Source: Blastocladiella emersonii ATCC 22665 (Eukaryota > Fungi > Blastocladiomycota). Taken from it: 64,000 nucleotides of DNA. A model generated the notes under the pieces. That model saw nothing but the letters and a program-made list of their open reading frames with translations. It had not been told where the DNA came from and made no database searches. The stretch covers positions 1,302,001-1,366,000 of the forward strand of contig JANHCV010000006.1 of NCBI GenBank assembly GCA_025594325.1, in the 5' to 3' direction. Positions within the stretch are counted from its first letter, which is position 1; every line of letters begins with the position of its first letter. Positions 1 through 12,094 of the stretch are shown piece by piece. Both the position numbers and the translations under genes were made by a program.

Positions 1-53
1 CGGTGCGGGAGCTCCATGTCGTGGCCGGGTCTGCGCTCGTGAAACGTAACTAA

Positions 54-383
54 ATTGCTCGGATCCTCGATTGCGGGCCTTCTCGGTCCTGGTCGAGCGA
101 GTACGAGTCCAGCGAGGGCCACTTTGTCTCGTACAGCGGCGCTCTGCTTGAGTACGACTTCGCGGGCGAGACGAGTCGAGTCGCACCCGGCGACCCTGGT
201 TTTGATTATGTCACCTCGCTCTTCTCCGCTCTTCATGATCACATTCTCCCCTTGGCTTCGCAGGCCCTCCGATCCTGCACGACTGGAATAGAAAGCCTTG
301 TTTTGGGGCTCAAGGATTCGATTGCCGATCCGACTACCATCCTTGCCACTTGTATCAGGAGCGGGACAGTATTGCGCGCGTAA
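54..383 (+). CDS. Possible terminal exon or fragment of an unknown gene entering from the left
   Basis: Stop-free frame of about 109 codons with no ATG (…SEYESSEGHFVSYSGALLEYDFAGE…IRSGTVLRA*), ending TAA 381-383. Weaker GC3 bias than the neighbouring genes and no recognisable motif. Confidence 0.25.
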   Translation: MARILDCGPSRSWSSEYESSEGHFVSYSGALLEYDFAGETSRVAPGDPGFDYVTSLFSALHDHILPLASQALRSCTTGIESLVLGLKDSIADPTTILATCIRSGTVLRA

Positions 384-508
384 CATTGCTTCGGATTTGA
401 TGAACGATACATGGGTGTATCCAGAAGGGTGATGTATCTTTTCGTGCTTTAAAAGCGTAAAGTTGCGATGACCAGCGAGGTTCAATTGTTACAAAGACGC
501 GAGGGTCG

Positions 509-1901
509 TCAACCATCAAAAGCAGCGAGCTTGGCCGCCTCATCCTTGGCGGTAACGCGGCCCTGCCAAATCGACACAGCGCCCTGCTTCCCCTTCCCGC
601 CGCCACCACGGATCGATGGAAAGGCTTCCGCGGCCCTCGCGATGGCAGACGCGAGCGCGGAGCCAACAGGTCCCACGATCAGGACGGCGCCAGCACCTGA
701 GTCATCAACGGCGGAGAGGACCGCAGGGGTGGCCATCTTGGGTTCCTTGGACTTGAGCGCATTTGCCATGGCGAGTAGCAAGTCCATGGAAGCCGGCTCC
801 TCCGAGTGGAACCGGCGAACCGCCACGTCCGCGTCGGCGAGGTGCAGGCGAACGAGCGCGGCCGCCAGCGAGTCGGTCGCGGCCTTGATCTTGCGCTTGT
901 CAGCGCGCGACGCCTCCACGAGCTTGCCGACCTTGTCCTCGAACTCGGGCGCGCCGCTGGACAGAATGGCCGTGAGCGCCACGTCGCGCGCGTGGGCGAC
1001 GGCCAGGTGCTTGCGCACGCGGTCGCCAAACGCAAAGAAGATGCGCGTGTGGGTTCCGCGGGCGCGCTCGGTCGTCGGGCGCACCGTCACCGATTGGATG
1101 TGCAGCGTGGTGGGCGGATGCGTGCCGCAGCAGAGACTGACGTCGACGTCGCCGATGGTCACGTAGCGAACAATGAGCTCAGCGGCGCCGACAAGGTCGG
1201 CGGGGATGGTCGAGTTGATGATCTGCGAGGGATCCGTTGGCGCCGTCTCCGAGACGGTCACGGCGTGCGCGGCGGCAATGTGCTCGGCCACGCGCGCCTC
1301 GAGCTCCGCCAGCGTCTTGGCGTTGATGGGCTGCGCGGGCACGCCAGGCACGTCGGGCGCCACCTCGATATAAGTCCACTCGGGACCGCACGACCTGGTC
1401 AGGGGAGGAGAGTGTGAGTTACATGCGCGGCTCCAGACAAGCGCAGTTTCGCACGCAAAGCCAATCGTACCAGCTCATGGTTCGCCAACCAAACTCGCGC
1501 TGAGCCACCGCGGACAGGAGGTGCTGGCCGCAATGCTGCTGCATGTTATCCAGCCGACGCGCCCAGTCAACCGTAACCTGGACGGTTGCGCCGGCCTGCA
1601 AGAGCTCGGCCGCAGCATCGTCGGGGACGGCGACAGTGTGGACGGCGGTCGTGCCCTTGCGCTGCACGTCGACGACGTCAAACGTGGCGCCTTGGGCCTC
1701 GAGCTTGCCGTAGTCGGCGGGCTGGCCGCCGCCCTCGGGGAACAGGACCGTGTCTTCGAGGACGACAAGGAGCAAGGCTGAAGCGACGGCGGGCGGCTCG
1801 ACCGACACAATTCGGGTTACCAGTGACCGCGCGAGCGAGTCGCGCTGACAGAGCAGGGTGCCAACCGGTTGAGTCGCGAGGGCAGTCGTTGCAGAGTTCA
1901 T
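509..1901 (-). CDS. AlaX-type alanyl-tRNA editing protein (AARSD1-like), 1 intron (1395-1470)
   Basis: Motifs LEDTVLFPEGGGQPAD, DWARRLDNMQQHCGQHLLSA (HxxxH) and CCGTH (CxxxH Zn site). A GT..AG intron joins MSW to SCGPEWTYIE in frame. Confidence 0.9.
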
Positions 1902-2755
1902 GGCGGAGGGAATTCGGATGCGGCTTGGGCGGCAGCGAGAGCGAGGAAAGAGCAGGACGCGGCTTTCGACGGGATACAGTACCCCCTTGGGCAGGGACGC
2001 TGGAACAATTTGTACCTCCAGCGGATAAACTCGGGAAGAATTTGTCAAAGACTGAACCGATGCTGCCGAACCAGCGGAACGGTCGCAGTCACAGCGATGG
2101 CTGCGACGCTTGATGGCGATAGCGTCCGAGTCATTCGGCTGTGTGGCGTGTGTCTCGCTTGCACGCCAATTTCCTCGGCCTTCCACCGCGGTCAGGCGCC
2201 TTCGAGTCAACTGGTCGTGAGCACGATGCACAACGACTGACCGTGGGTTGATGAAAAAGGAATGTTTTGGTTCAAGCTTTCAAGGTGGCATCGCTTGGCC
2301 CTGGCTCGTACCACGGGAGCTCATCAAGTGCGAGCGCGAGTGCGAGCGCGAGTGCGAGGCCAAGCGAAGACGCGCTGGCAGGCTTCCAGCGGAATGGAAG
2401 CGCTTTAACGTTGATGGGCCGCGAGGTGAGCGATGGCCGTGTTAACGCCAACTCCTCCGATCACATTGTCGACGCGGTGCGCATGTCTTTCTTCCAAAAG
2501 GTCGCCTGATAGGATGGAAGAGCCCTTGGTGGGAGCTTGCAGTGACCTCATTGACGCATCGGTTCCTCGCAGGCGGGCCCATTCACGCGCCGCGCCACTC
2601 ACGTGGTGGCGTATCAGCACTCGCTGGTGCGCAACCGATGCAAGCGTGTGAGACGAAGCGAAGCTGTCGCACATTCAGAAAAAGCAACGAAAAGATCACT
2701 CAAATCGAGACTGATAGGGAGGACAATGACGGAGGAGGGCGGGCACGCGGACGGT

Positions 2756-4762
2756 CTACTCGAGGATGGCGCGGAAGCGGTCCTCCATCTCCTTCTGGAG
2801 CGCCGTGTAGCGGTCGCGGAGGGCCTGCTCGCCGTCGTTGGGATTCTCGAACTTCATGGACGAGAGCTTGTAGATGAGGTCGCCCATCGAGTCCTTGATG
2901 CGGGCCCAGGTGATCTGCGAGTTGGTCACCTCGACGGCGTGGGTCGCGTGGTCGTAGAAGCCCATGAGGTTGCGCAGCATCCACACCGTCTTGTAGAAGG
3001 GGCAGAACCGGTCGTACTCCGAGTACCCGTTCTGCTGGAGGAAGTCGTCCTTGATGATCTTGGCAATCTCGAGCGTGATCTTGTCCTTTTCGGCCAGCGC
3101 CGACTTGCCAACGAGCTGCACGATCTCGCTCAGGTCCTCCTCCATCTGCAGGATCTCCTTGCACTTGGTGCGCAGCGCGACAAACTCGGGGTCGAACTGC
3201 TCGTAGAAGGGGTCGAGCGCCTTGAGGTACTTGGAGTAGGACAGCGACCAGTTGACCGACGGGAAGTGCTTGCGCTGCGCGAGCTTCTTGTCGAGGCCCC
3301 AGAACACCTGGACGATGCCGAGGGTGGCGGCGGTGACGGGGTCCGAGAAGTCGCCGCCAGGCGGGGACACGGCGCCGACGATGGACACGGACCCGTTGCG
3401 CTGCGGGTTGCCGAGGCACACGACTTTCCCGGCGCGCTCGTAGAAGGAGGCGAGCTTGGCGCCGAGGTACGCCGGGTAGCCCGAGTCGGCGGGCATCTCG
3501 GCGAGACGGCCCGAGATCTCGCGCAGGGCCTCGGCCCACCGCGACGTCGAGTCGGCCATCATGGCCACGTCCATGCCCTGGTCGCGGAAGTACTCGGACA
3601 GCGTGATGCCCGTGTAGATGGACGCCTCGCGCGCGGCGACGGGCATGTTGGAGGTGTTGGCGACGAGCGTGGTGCGCTTCATGATCGACTCCTTGCGGCC
3701 GTTGATCTCGGTGGTGAGGGTCGGGAAGTCCATGAGCACCTCGGCCATTTCGTTGCCGCGCTCGCCGCAGCTATTCGAGGGGAAGCAAGTGTCAGTGTCG
3801 CGGAGTCGGTCGAATTCGGAGAGAAGAGGCGTACCCGACGTAGATGATGACGTTCGAGTTCGAGTACTTGGACAGCGACTGCGAGATGACGGTCTTGCCG
3901 CACCCAAAGGCGCCGGGGATCGCGGTAGTGCCGCCCTGGACGCAGGGGAAGAGGGCGTCGAGGACGCGCTGGCCGGTGAGGAGCGGGTAGTCGGCGGCGA
4001 GCTTCTCGGTGACGGGGCGCGGGGTGCGGACGGGCCACGACTGCATCATGGAGAACTTCTCGCGCTCGCCGGCAAACTCGACCTCGAGGACCGTGTCGAC
4101 GACCGTGTAGTTGCCGTGCGGGGCAATGTAGGTGATGGTGCCGCGGGCCTTGGGCGGCAGGAGGATCTTGTGGTTGACGAGCGAGTTCTCCTGCACCTCG
4201 CCGAAAATGTCGCCGCCCGTGATGTGGTCGCCGACGCGCAGCGACGGGTTGGGGACAAACTCCCAGTTGGTGCCCTTGTCGAGGGCGGGCGTCGAGATGC
4301 CGCGCGGGATGTAGATGCCCTTGGACATTTCCTGGATGGCCTTGAGCGGGCGCTGGATGCCGTCGTAGATGTTGGAGGCGAGGCCCGGCCCGAGCTCGAC
4401 CGAGAGCGGCTTGCCGCTGCGCAGGACGGGGTCGCCGACGGTGAGGCCGGCTACGCGTGTTGTGGGGTCAGTCACGAACGAGGTGCGAGAGACACAAGGA
4501 AGAAGCGTACCCGTCTCCTCGTAGACCTGCAGCGTGGCCTTGGTGCCGTCAATGCGGATCACCTCGCCGACGAGCTCCTGGTGGCCGACGCGCACCAGCT
4601 CGTACATGGCGGAGCCGGACATGTTGTCGGCGACGACGACTACGGAGTCAGAGTTAGGTTGATGTTGCTGTCGACCGCGATCGAGAGCGGCGTACCGGGG
4701 CCCGACACGGAGAAGACGTAGCCGAAGCGCGACTCGCGCTCCTCGTCGCGGATGCGCGGCAT
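2756..4762 (-). CDS. VMA1: V-type H+-ATPase catalytic subunit A, 3 introns (4640-4695, 4451-4510, 3771-3834), no intein
   Basis: Walker A GAFGCGKT, plus [47 protein letters not shown] and [12 protein letters not shown]. All three introns restore the frame. Confidence 0.97.
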
Positions 4763-5182
4763 GTCGCGGTTGGCGTTCTCGAGAGCGCCAGCCTACCGAC
4801 GGCAGTCGTGGGCGTAAGCAAGGCGATGATGCATGGCGAATACATGGCAGAGGGGCGCGAACCATGGTGGGGACGGGTGGGGGTTCGCGCGGGAGGGAGT
4901 TGCAGGCAGTTGCGGCGCAAGAGGGTGCGGCGCTCGCGGTGCAGGGCGATCGACGGGGGAGGCGATGGCGGGCGAGACCGGGGGACGCGTCGAAGGTAGG
5001 CGGCACGGCACGCGTCGCGGCGGCGTTGACGACGGGTCGGTGAGCCGCACGTGGCGTCACCCTGCGCCGGTCGGCCCGCGTCGCGTCGGTTGCACTCGGC
5101 CGTCTCGTCTTTCGTCCCTCTCCTCCTCCCCCTCGCAAGATCACCCCCACACCACTCGATGCAACCCGCGCCGTGACACCCG

Positions 5183-8100
5183 ATGGACTACGAGGCCCTC
5201 GAGACGCACATCTTCTCGCTGTGCAGCGCCGTGGGCGGGTTCGAGGACACGCCGGCGCCCGACGGCAGCGTGGTGCAGCACTACGTGCTGGGCGACGAGG
5301 CGCTCGACTGCCTGCGAGACCTGAAGCGCTTCCTGCGCTACGACGAGGCCAACAAGGAGAAGACGGTCGCCGCCCTGCTCGGCAAGTTTGCGCTGGTGCA
5401 GGCGAACCTGGTCCCGATCCTCGAGCACCACGCCGGGTCGAGCCAGCTGGTCTTCTTTGCCGCCATCGAGCTGCTGGTCCCGCTGACGTGGCCGCTGACC
5501 GCCGACGAGCTGGGCACCGACTTGCTCGCGCACCACCGCGCCTACAAGCGCGCGCTGGTCACCGAGTCGCGCGCCGTCGACGTCGTCTTCGACCACCTGG
5601 TCCTGCTCCTGTCCGAGCCGTTCGCGAAGCGGTCCGACCGCACCAACGCCATCATCCGCCTCATCCTGTACCTCTTCCGCAACCTGCTGGCGATCCCGGA
5701 CCCGCCCGCGGGCGTGAACACGACGACCGACACGTTCCACCTCGCGCGCATGCAGGAGCGCCTGCTCGTCAAGTACCACGACCTCGACGTGTTCGCGTTT
5801 CTCATCACCGCCGCGTCCAATATCGCCGACCGCGAGTTTGCCACCTGGAACACGATCCTCGTCGAGATCTTCTTCCTCGTCTTTGCCTCGTGCTCGCCCA
5901 AGGCCCTCACGACGCCGCACAAGGAGCACTCGGCCGACCTCGTCGACGAGCTGCTCGCCCGCGAGGCGGCCAAGGCCGTCAAGCCGCGCCGCCGCCACTC
6001 GCGACTCGCCGGGTCGTACACGGTGCGCCAGGGCGTACGTTGCTACTTTTGCTGATGTTCCCGCGCTCGGTCACTCACTTTTTCGGGAATAGGACGGGAC
6101 CCAGATCGTCGTGCACAGCCTCGACAAGACCATCGACGCCATCGACAAGTCCAAGCAAAAGAACCGCGTGCGGTCCAAGTTCAAAAAGGACGCGGGCCCG
6201 ACCACCGCCGTTGCGCACGCGCTCGCCCCGGCCTTCAAGCCCAAGCCGCTGCCCGACGAGGGCGCGGTCCGCGTGCTGCGCGCCACGGCCGACCACTTCC
6301 TGTCGTCGTGCTTTGACGTGCTCGTGGCTGCCACGAAGCGCGACATTGACGCGGAGCGGTCGCACGTGCGCGACGAGGACCCGATCCACCTGCTGTACCT
6401 GGTCGGCTTCTTCCTCGAGTACCAGCGCCTCACATCCGCGACCCACCCGCTCAACCTGCTCGCGAGCGTCGTCAACGTGCACGGCCTGCTGTTCCTCTTC
6501 AAGAACATGCGCGACGCGGCCGACAACGCGCAGCCGTCGCGCCTGCACATGGCCGTCGACTGCACGCGCCACTTCCTCCTGACGCTGCAGGACGTGCGCG
6601 CCGCCGACGACCCGGACGTCCGCGACGTCGCCGCCAACGTCCTCGACAACCTCTACTACGAGAAGGCGCACCTCGACATGCTCGTCGGCCTCATCAAGCA
6701 CTTCAAGAACCAGTCCCGCCGCCACCTCGTCGCCCTCGCCGACCTCACCCACCTCCTGCTCAAGCTCATGGACGCCCACGCCAAGGCCAGCGGGAAATCG
6801 GCACTCACCGTGCGCGCCGCCAAGCGCGGGCGGAACGGCGCTGCCAAGCGCGCGGGCGGCAAGTCGGGCGAGGCCGAGGAGGAGGAGGACCAGATCGCGC
6901 GCGACGTGGTCGACGACACCCCCGACTCGGGTGCCGCCGCGCAGTACGTCGAGCGCAGCCTCTCCTTCGCGCGCATCGAGGCCATGTTCGCGACCGACGC
7001 GGTGCTCGACAAGTACATGCTGCTGCTCGGCATGCACGCGTCGCTGGCGCCCGCCACGCTGCACGCCGTCGCCAAGATGCTGTACCGGATCGCCGTCAAA
7101 TGCGACATGCCCGCGCTCTTCTTCCAGCTCGACTACCTGGTCCAGATCCACGGGATCCTCGGGGACCCGGTGGTCGCGCGCGCCGTGACCCGTGCGCGGT
7201 CGCGGGCCGCGAACCCGCGACCCGAAGACGCACACTACCGCGACCTCGTCGGCGTCCTGCGCGTCGTCGCGGGCAAGTTCTTTGACGCCACCGATAAGTA
7301 CCCGCTGCTCCTCGTCGAGGTCTTCTTCCCGCACTCCAAGGGCGACGCCGACCGACTGCTCACAGGTGCGCCCGCGGCGCCCAAGCCGAAGCGTGGCGCG
7401 GGCGGCGAGCCCAGGGGCCCGAAGCAGTGGGACCCGGACGTCGAGCTCGAGGTGCGCCCCGGGTTCTCGCCCAAGATGCAGATCCAGATCGCGACGTCGG
7501 CGCTGCTCGCGCGCGGCGAAGCCGGTGCCGCCGGCGCTGACGGCGAAACCGCCGAGCCCGGCGAGGAGGTCGGCGTGGTCCTCGACCGCGTCCTCACGAC
7601 GCTCTCCGCGCTCGCGAGCATGCGCAAGGGCATCCCGCCGCTCGTCAACCCCGACGACAACTCGGACGACGACGACGACGCGGTCCGCGCGTGGCCACCC
7701 GCGGCGCTCGCGGTCCCGCCCGCCGACCTCGACATCAAGGAGCTCCGCCTGCTGCTCAAGCTGACGGGCATGGTCGTCGAGGACCTCGCGGGGATCACCA
7801 CGGTGACCGCGCCCGGATCCGTCACGGGCGCTGACCTCGAGGACATCGTGCAGTGGATCCTCGATGCCCGCGCCAACCCCGTCTCGCACGAGGGTAAGAA
7901 CGCCGTCAAGCTGCTCAAGGCCAAGCGGCCGCGCAAGCCGCGATCACGGCGGGCGCCGCGGTCCGACTCGGACGACGAGGACGAGGGCGAGGACGAGGAG
8001 CGGCCCCGCAAGAAGAAGAAACGCGTCCCCGCGAAAGCCGCCAGCGCGAAATCGGCCGCGTTCATCTACGACTCGGACGAGATGCTCGACGACGTCGACG

Positions 8101-8939
8101 ATACCGAGTTCTACGCGCGCGAGCGCGAGCGGCGGGATAAGACTAAGGCCATGCACGAGGCGCTCGTCGGCGCGCAGTCGGCCCCGGAGCCCGCTAAGAA
8201 GACGGCGGCGGCGTCCAAGCCGGTGGCGCCCGCCAAGAAGAAGAAGGCGATGACGCGCAAGGCCCGCGCCACCGTCGAGTCCTCGAGCGGATCCGACTCG
8301 GACGACGACGAGGAGGCCGAGACCGACGCCGACGCCGCCGCGCCGACCACCGCCTCAGCCGCGTTCCTCGCGCAGCGCCGCCCGCGCCTGCCGCGCCGCC
8401 GCGTCGCGACCGCATCCAGCGACTCAAGCAGCGACGACGACGCCGAGTCCGCACCCGTCACCACCTCCGCGCCCGCCCCCGCCCCCGCCGACCTCGCCGA
8501 CCTCGACGACGACCCCGAAGACGAGTTCTCGAAACGCATGGCCGCGCTGCGCGCCGAGACGGGCACCCGCGCGCTGTCGGGCGTCTCGCGCCGGTTCTTC
8601 AACGACCCGGACAGCAGCGACGACGAGGAGAGCGACGACGACGGTGGCGGCGGTGCGAGCGGGTCGGGCGTCGTGACGCCTCCGTCGTTCGCGACCACGA
8701 CCGCGACGGCGAGCTCCGCAGCGGCGGCGACGGCGGGAGGAGGCGTCGCGGACCGGCTCGCGGCGGTGCGCGGGATCAAGCCCGTGGCGCTGCGCGGGGC
8801 GGACGCGTGGGCCGGGAAGCCGGCGGCGACGACGGTGGGTGAGGAGGAGGAGGAAGTTGATGTGCGGCCGACGAAGCGCGCGCGCGTCACGGATGGCGAA
8901 GACGAGTCGGAGGAGGCGGCCATGGACGTGGACGAGTAA
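5183..8939 (+). CDS. TOF1: Timeless/Tof1/Swi1 replication fork protection protein, intron 6035-6092
   Basis: N-terminal SLCSAVGG…[22 protein letters not shown] typical of the Timeless domain, [13 protein letters not shown], and a long acidic/basic C-terminal tail. Confidence 0.88.
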
Positions 8940-9042
8940 GGCTCACAATGAATACACTCGCACTGTTGCAAACGAACCACGTCAATTATTACTACCCATC
9001 AGCACGAAACAAACCAGTCTCTCTCCCTCCTCAACCCTCCGC

Positions 9043-11652
9043 TCACAGCAGCAGCTCTGCACCACCACTCGGCGCCGCAGCACCACCGATCCACGCGTCG
9101 GGAACCTGTCCGGCAAAGTACACGATCCCGGCGCTCGACTTGACAGCGGCCTGGACCGTGTTCCCCATGTTCTGCGCGACCATCGCGGGCGCGGACGTGA
9201 GCGGGACCGGCGCGGTGGCCGACGCGCCGGGCGCGAGGGTGGCGACCCAGTTGGCGAGCGGCTGCGCGGGGGCGAGCCCGAGCGTGTTCTTGTTGAGCTG
9301 GATCGCAAACTCGGCGAGCGGCGCGCCCGTGTGGTTGGTGAAGGTGAGCTCCCACGCGTACCCGCCGGCGGGTGCGTTGGTGAAGGCGCCGGCGATCTCG
9401 AGGCCCTTGCCCTGGTCGCGGTCGAGCAGGGTCACCTTGGGCGTGGGCGAGCCGGCGACGGGCGAGGAGGCCGTGACGGCGGGGTTGGTCGCGAGGCCCG
9501 CGGGGAGGGCGAGGCCGAGCGAGCCCATACCGGCGAGACCCGATGCCGCGACAGGCGACGCGGCGGGCTTGGGCGGGCTGCTGGACAGGAGGTCGAGGAG
9601 GTTGGCGTTGCCGAGTGGCGGAGCGGGGGCGGGCGAGCCGACGGTCGACGTGGCCCCAGAGACGGGCGCGGCGGGGAGGTCAAAGTCGAGGTCGAGCAGA
9701 TTCCCAATCGTCTGCGGGACGGTCTGCACGGAGGGCGACGCGGCGGTACTCCCGCCAGCGGTCGCGGTCCCGCCCATGGCGGACTGCGGGTCGTCGTCCT
9801 CGTCGTCGTCGCCATCCCCATTCCCGTTGCGGCCGAGGTCCTTGGGCGACACGGCCGCGACGGGCTTGTGCCAGACGGCGGCGAGGGTGCCGAGGTTGCG
9901 GACGAGTTCGGCGAGGAGGCCGGGCGAGAGCTGCTCGGCGGGCTCGTACTCGATGGGCGGGCACGCCGTGATGACGGCCGCGATGTCGGCGTTGGACGAG
10001 AGCAGGCGCCAGTAGACAAAGGCGCGGTCGCGCAGGTCCGGGTTGTCGGAGGCGGTGGCGAGCTGGAGCACCTGCTGGACGAGGTCGCGGGCCTCGGGCC
10101 GCTTCATGAACGTCTTGATGGCCGAGGTGAGGAGCTGGAGCTGGACCTGCAGCTGCTCGTCCTTGAACGAGTCGACGAACATGGACAGGAGCGACACGGA
10201 ACCCGGGATGTGCTCGGCGTGCTCGCCAATGACCCACAGGAACGCGGCGCGGGCCTCCTCCTCGTCGAGCGACTCGAGGTTGTCGCACAGGATGGCGATG
10301 ATGTTGACGAAGCGGCCGGGGTACCGGCGCAGAATGTCCTTGGTGACGACCATGGCCTCCTGGACGACGTGGGCGACCTGGGTCTTGATGAGGTCGATGA
10401 GGGCGGCGATGCACCGGTCGGCGGCCGCGTCGATCTTGAGGGCGCAGGTGCCCATGGCGCGGATGGCCTTGCGGACAAAGGCCACGTCCACCTCGTTGGC
10501 GTACTCCTTGAGCTCGGTCAGGACCGCGTCGACGTTGGCGTCGTTGGTGAGCCGCATCATGATGTCGAGCTTCTCCATCTTGACGTACTGCGGGTCGTTG
10601 TACTTGCAGAAGAAGAGGCGGATCTCGGACGAGAGCACGTCGGGCCGCTTCTGCAGGATGATGGAGATGTTGCGCAGGGCGACGTAGGTGAGCTCGGGGC
10701 CCGAGGCGAGCAGCGAGACGAGCGGCGGCGACATTTTCTTGACGACCTGGGCCGTGAGCTCGTCGGCGCCCGTGGCACCGCGCAGGTGGTCGAGGTAGAC
10801 GAGGAGGACGCGGATGGCGGACAGCACGACGGACCCGTTGGCGTGGGAGAGGCGGGGCAGGACGCGCTCGACAATGTTGGTGGCCTCGGCGGCGTCGGCG
10901 GGCGAGTACTCGGCGAGCGACTCGAGGATGAAGATCTGGCCCCACTCGGTGCACTCGTTGAGGGCGGCGAGCAGCTTGTGCAGGATGACGGCGTTGACGA
11001 CGAAGACGGTCTGCTTGTTGCGCGGGTTCTCCTGGATCTCGCGCAGCGAGGCGACGGCGTTGGCGACGACCATGGGGTTGGGGTCGGACAGCAGGTCCTG
11101 CAGCATGGCGATGAAGCCGTTGTCGACGGTCGACTGCGGCTTGAGGTCGTACATCTTGGCGACGCACACGGCGGCCGTCTTGCGCACGTAGGGGTCCACG
11201 TCCTTGAGGGTCTTGCGCAGCGGCTCCATGAGGTAGTCGACGATGCGCTCGGCGCGCAGGCAGCCCATGGTGCGCACGGCGAGGGCGCGGATCAGCGGGT
11301 TGGCATCGTCCACGTCCTTGACGAACGAGTTGACGGCGAGGATGACGAGCTCGGGCTGCGACTTTGCGTAGTTCATGAGGTACAGGTAGACGAGCTTCTT
11401 GAGCTCGAGGTCGTCGGTCTGCATGCACTTGAGCACGTCGGCGAACAGGCCCGACACGTCCTTGCCGACCGTCATGTTGGCGATGACGCGCTTGACGGCC
11501 TCCTTGCGGCGGTCGCGGTACTCGGAGTTGAGCTCGGTCTTGAGCTCAAAGTTCTCGCCCTTGCGGATGTGGCTGGTCAGGAACTTTTGCACCTTTGGTG
11601 GGAGCGAGTTCATAGCCTGCTCGATGCGGGCGCGGGCGATGGAGGCGGCCAT
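9043..11652 (-). CDS. AP adaptor complex beta subunit (AP-1/AP-2 beta-adaptin, more likely AP-1 type), intronless
   Basis: KRVIANMTVGKDVS, LELKKLVYLYLMNYAKSQPEL and NPLIRALAVRTMG; hinge with clathrin-box-like LLDLD; C-terminal sandwich-type ear. Likely ATG at 11652 (MAASIARAR). Confidence 0.93.
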   Translation of the reverse strand: MAASIARARIEQAMNSLPPKVQKFLTSHIRKGENFELKTELNSEYRDRRKEAVKRVIANMTVGKDVSGLFADVLKCMQTDDLELKKLVYLYLMNYAKSQPELVILAVNSFVKDVDDANPLIRALAVRTMGCLRAERIVDYLMEPLRKTLKDVDPYVRKTAAVCVAKMYDLKPQSTVDNGFIAMLQDLLSDPNPMVVANAVASLREIQENPRNKQTVFVVNAVILHKLLAALNECTEWGQIFILESLAEYSPADAAEATNIVERVLPRLSHANGSVVLSAIRVLLVYLDHLRGATGADELTAQVVKKMSPPLVSLLASGPELTYVALRNISIILQKRPDVLSSEIRLFFCKYNDPQYVKMEKLDIMMRLTNDANVDAVLTELKEYANEVDVAFVRKAIRAMGTCALKIDAAADRCIAALIDLIKTQVAHVVQEAMVVTKDILRRYPGRFVNIIAILCDNLESLDEEEARAAFLWVIGEHAEHIPGSVSLLSMFVDSFKDEQLQVQLQLLTSAIKTFMKRPEARDLVQQVLQLATASDNPDLRDRAFVYWRLLSSNADIAAVITACPPIEYEPAEQLSPGLLAELVRNLGTLAAVWHKPVAAVSPKDLGRNGNGDGDDDEDDDPQSAMGGTATAGGSTAASPSVQTVPQTIGNLLDLDFDLPAAPVSGATSTVGSPAPAPPLGNANLLDLLSSSPPKPAASPVAASGLAGMGSLGLALPAGLATNPAVTASSPVAGSPTPKVTLLDRDQGKGLEIAGAFTNAPAGGYAWELTFTNHTGAPLAEFAIQLNKNTLGLAPAQPLANWVATLAPGASATAPVPLTSAPAMVAQNMGNTVQAAVKSSAGIVYFAGQVPDAWIGGAAAPSGGAELLL

Positions 11653-12094
11653 CTTGGTGTCGTGGGCGCGGATCGGGTTCGAGTCGGGGTGGATCAGACG
11701 CGTCGGTGGGGGCGGTGCATAGAGTTGCGGGTCGATCGGGCGCGCGCACGAGCAGCGGTGGCGGCGGTCGCAGGGAGCGATGCGCCGAGTGGTGGAGGGG
11801 CGGGGGGGGGGGGCGACGCGTCGCTGCGTTGGGCCGTGTGAGCGGCGCGCTCTCACGCGTTCTGCGGGAGGTGCGAGGCAGCGAGCTGCTGGGAGAGGCG
11901 CTCCCGCCACGTCACCTGACGCGACCGCGGTGTGGCGCAGGGCCGCCCTGCCACCGGGCCACGTGTGGTCGCCTGGCCTGCGACGCGCTTCCCGCTCGTC
12001 GTCGCTGGTCTGCTCCCTCCCCGCTATGCCGATCGGACCGTAGCGAGTTGTCTCGGACGAGTCACCGCAACCGACTACCTGCAACGCATCCACT

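Noticed and set aside
2240-2700. Short ORFs and GCGAGT/GCGAGC repeats between AlaX and VMA1
   Set aside because: Low-complexity, with no consistent codon bias or motif; likely promoter or UTR sequence.
3771-3834. VMA1 intein / homing endonuclease
   Set aside because: The interruption is only 64 nt with GT-AG ends, with no CF…HN intein termini or LAGLIDADG ORF. It is an intron (reported as a finding).
8839-11841. Very long antisense or alternate-frame ORFs (e.g. 8839-11841+, 12731-15367-, 39394-42855+, 35607-37352+, 60755-62554+)
   Set aside because: Shadow ORFs caused by extreme GC3 bias opposite well-supported genes; they show no motifs of their own.
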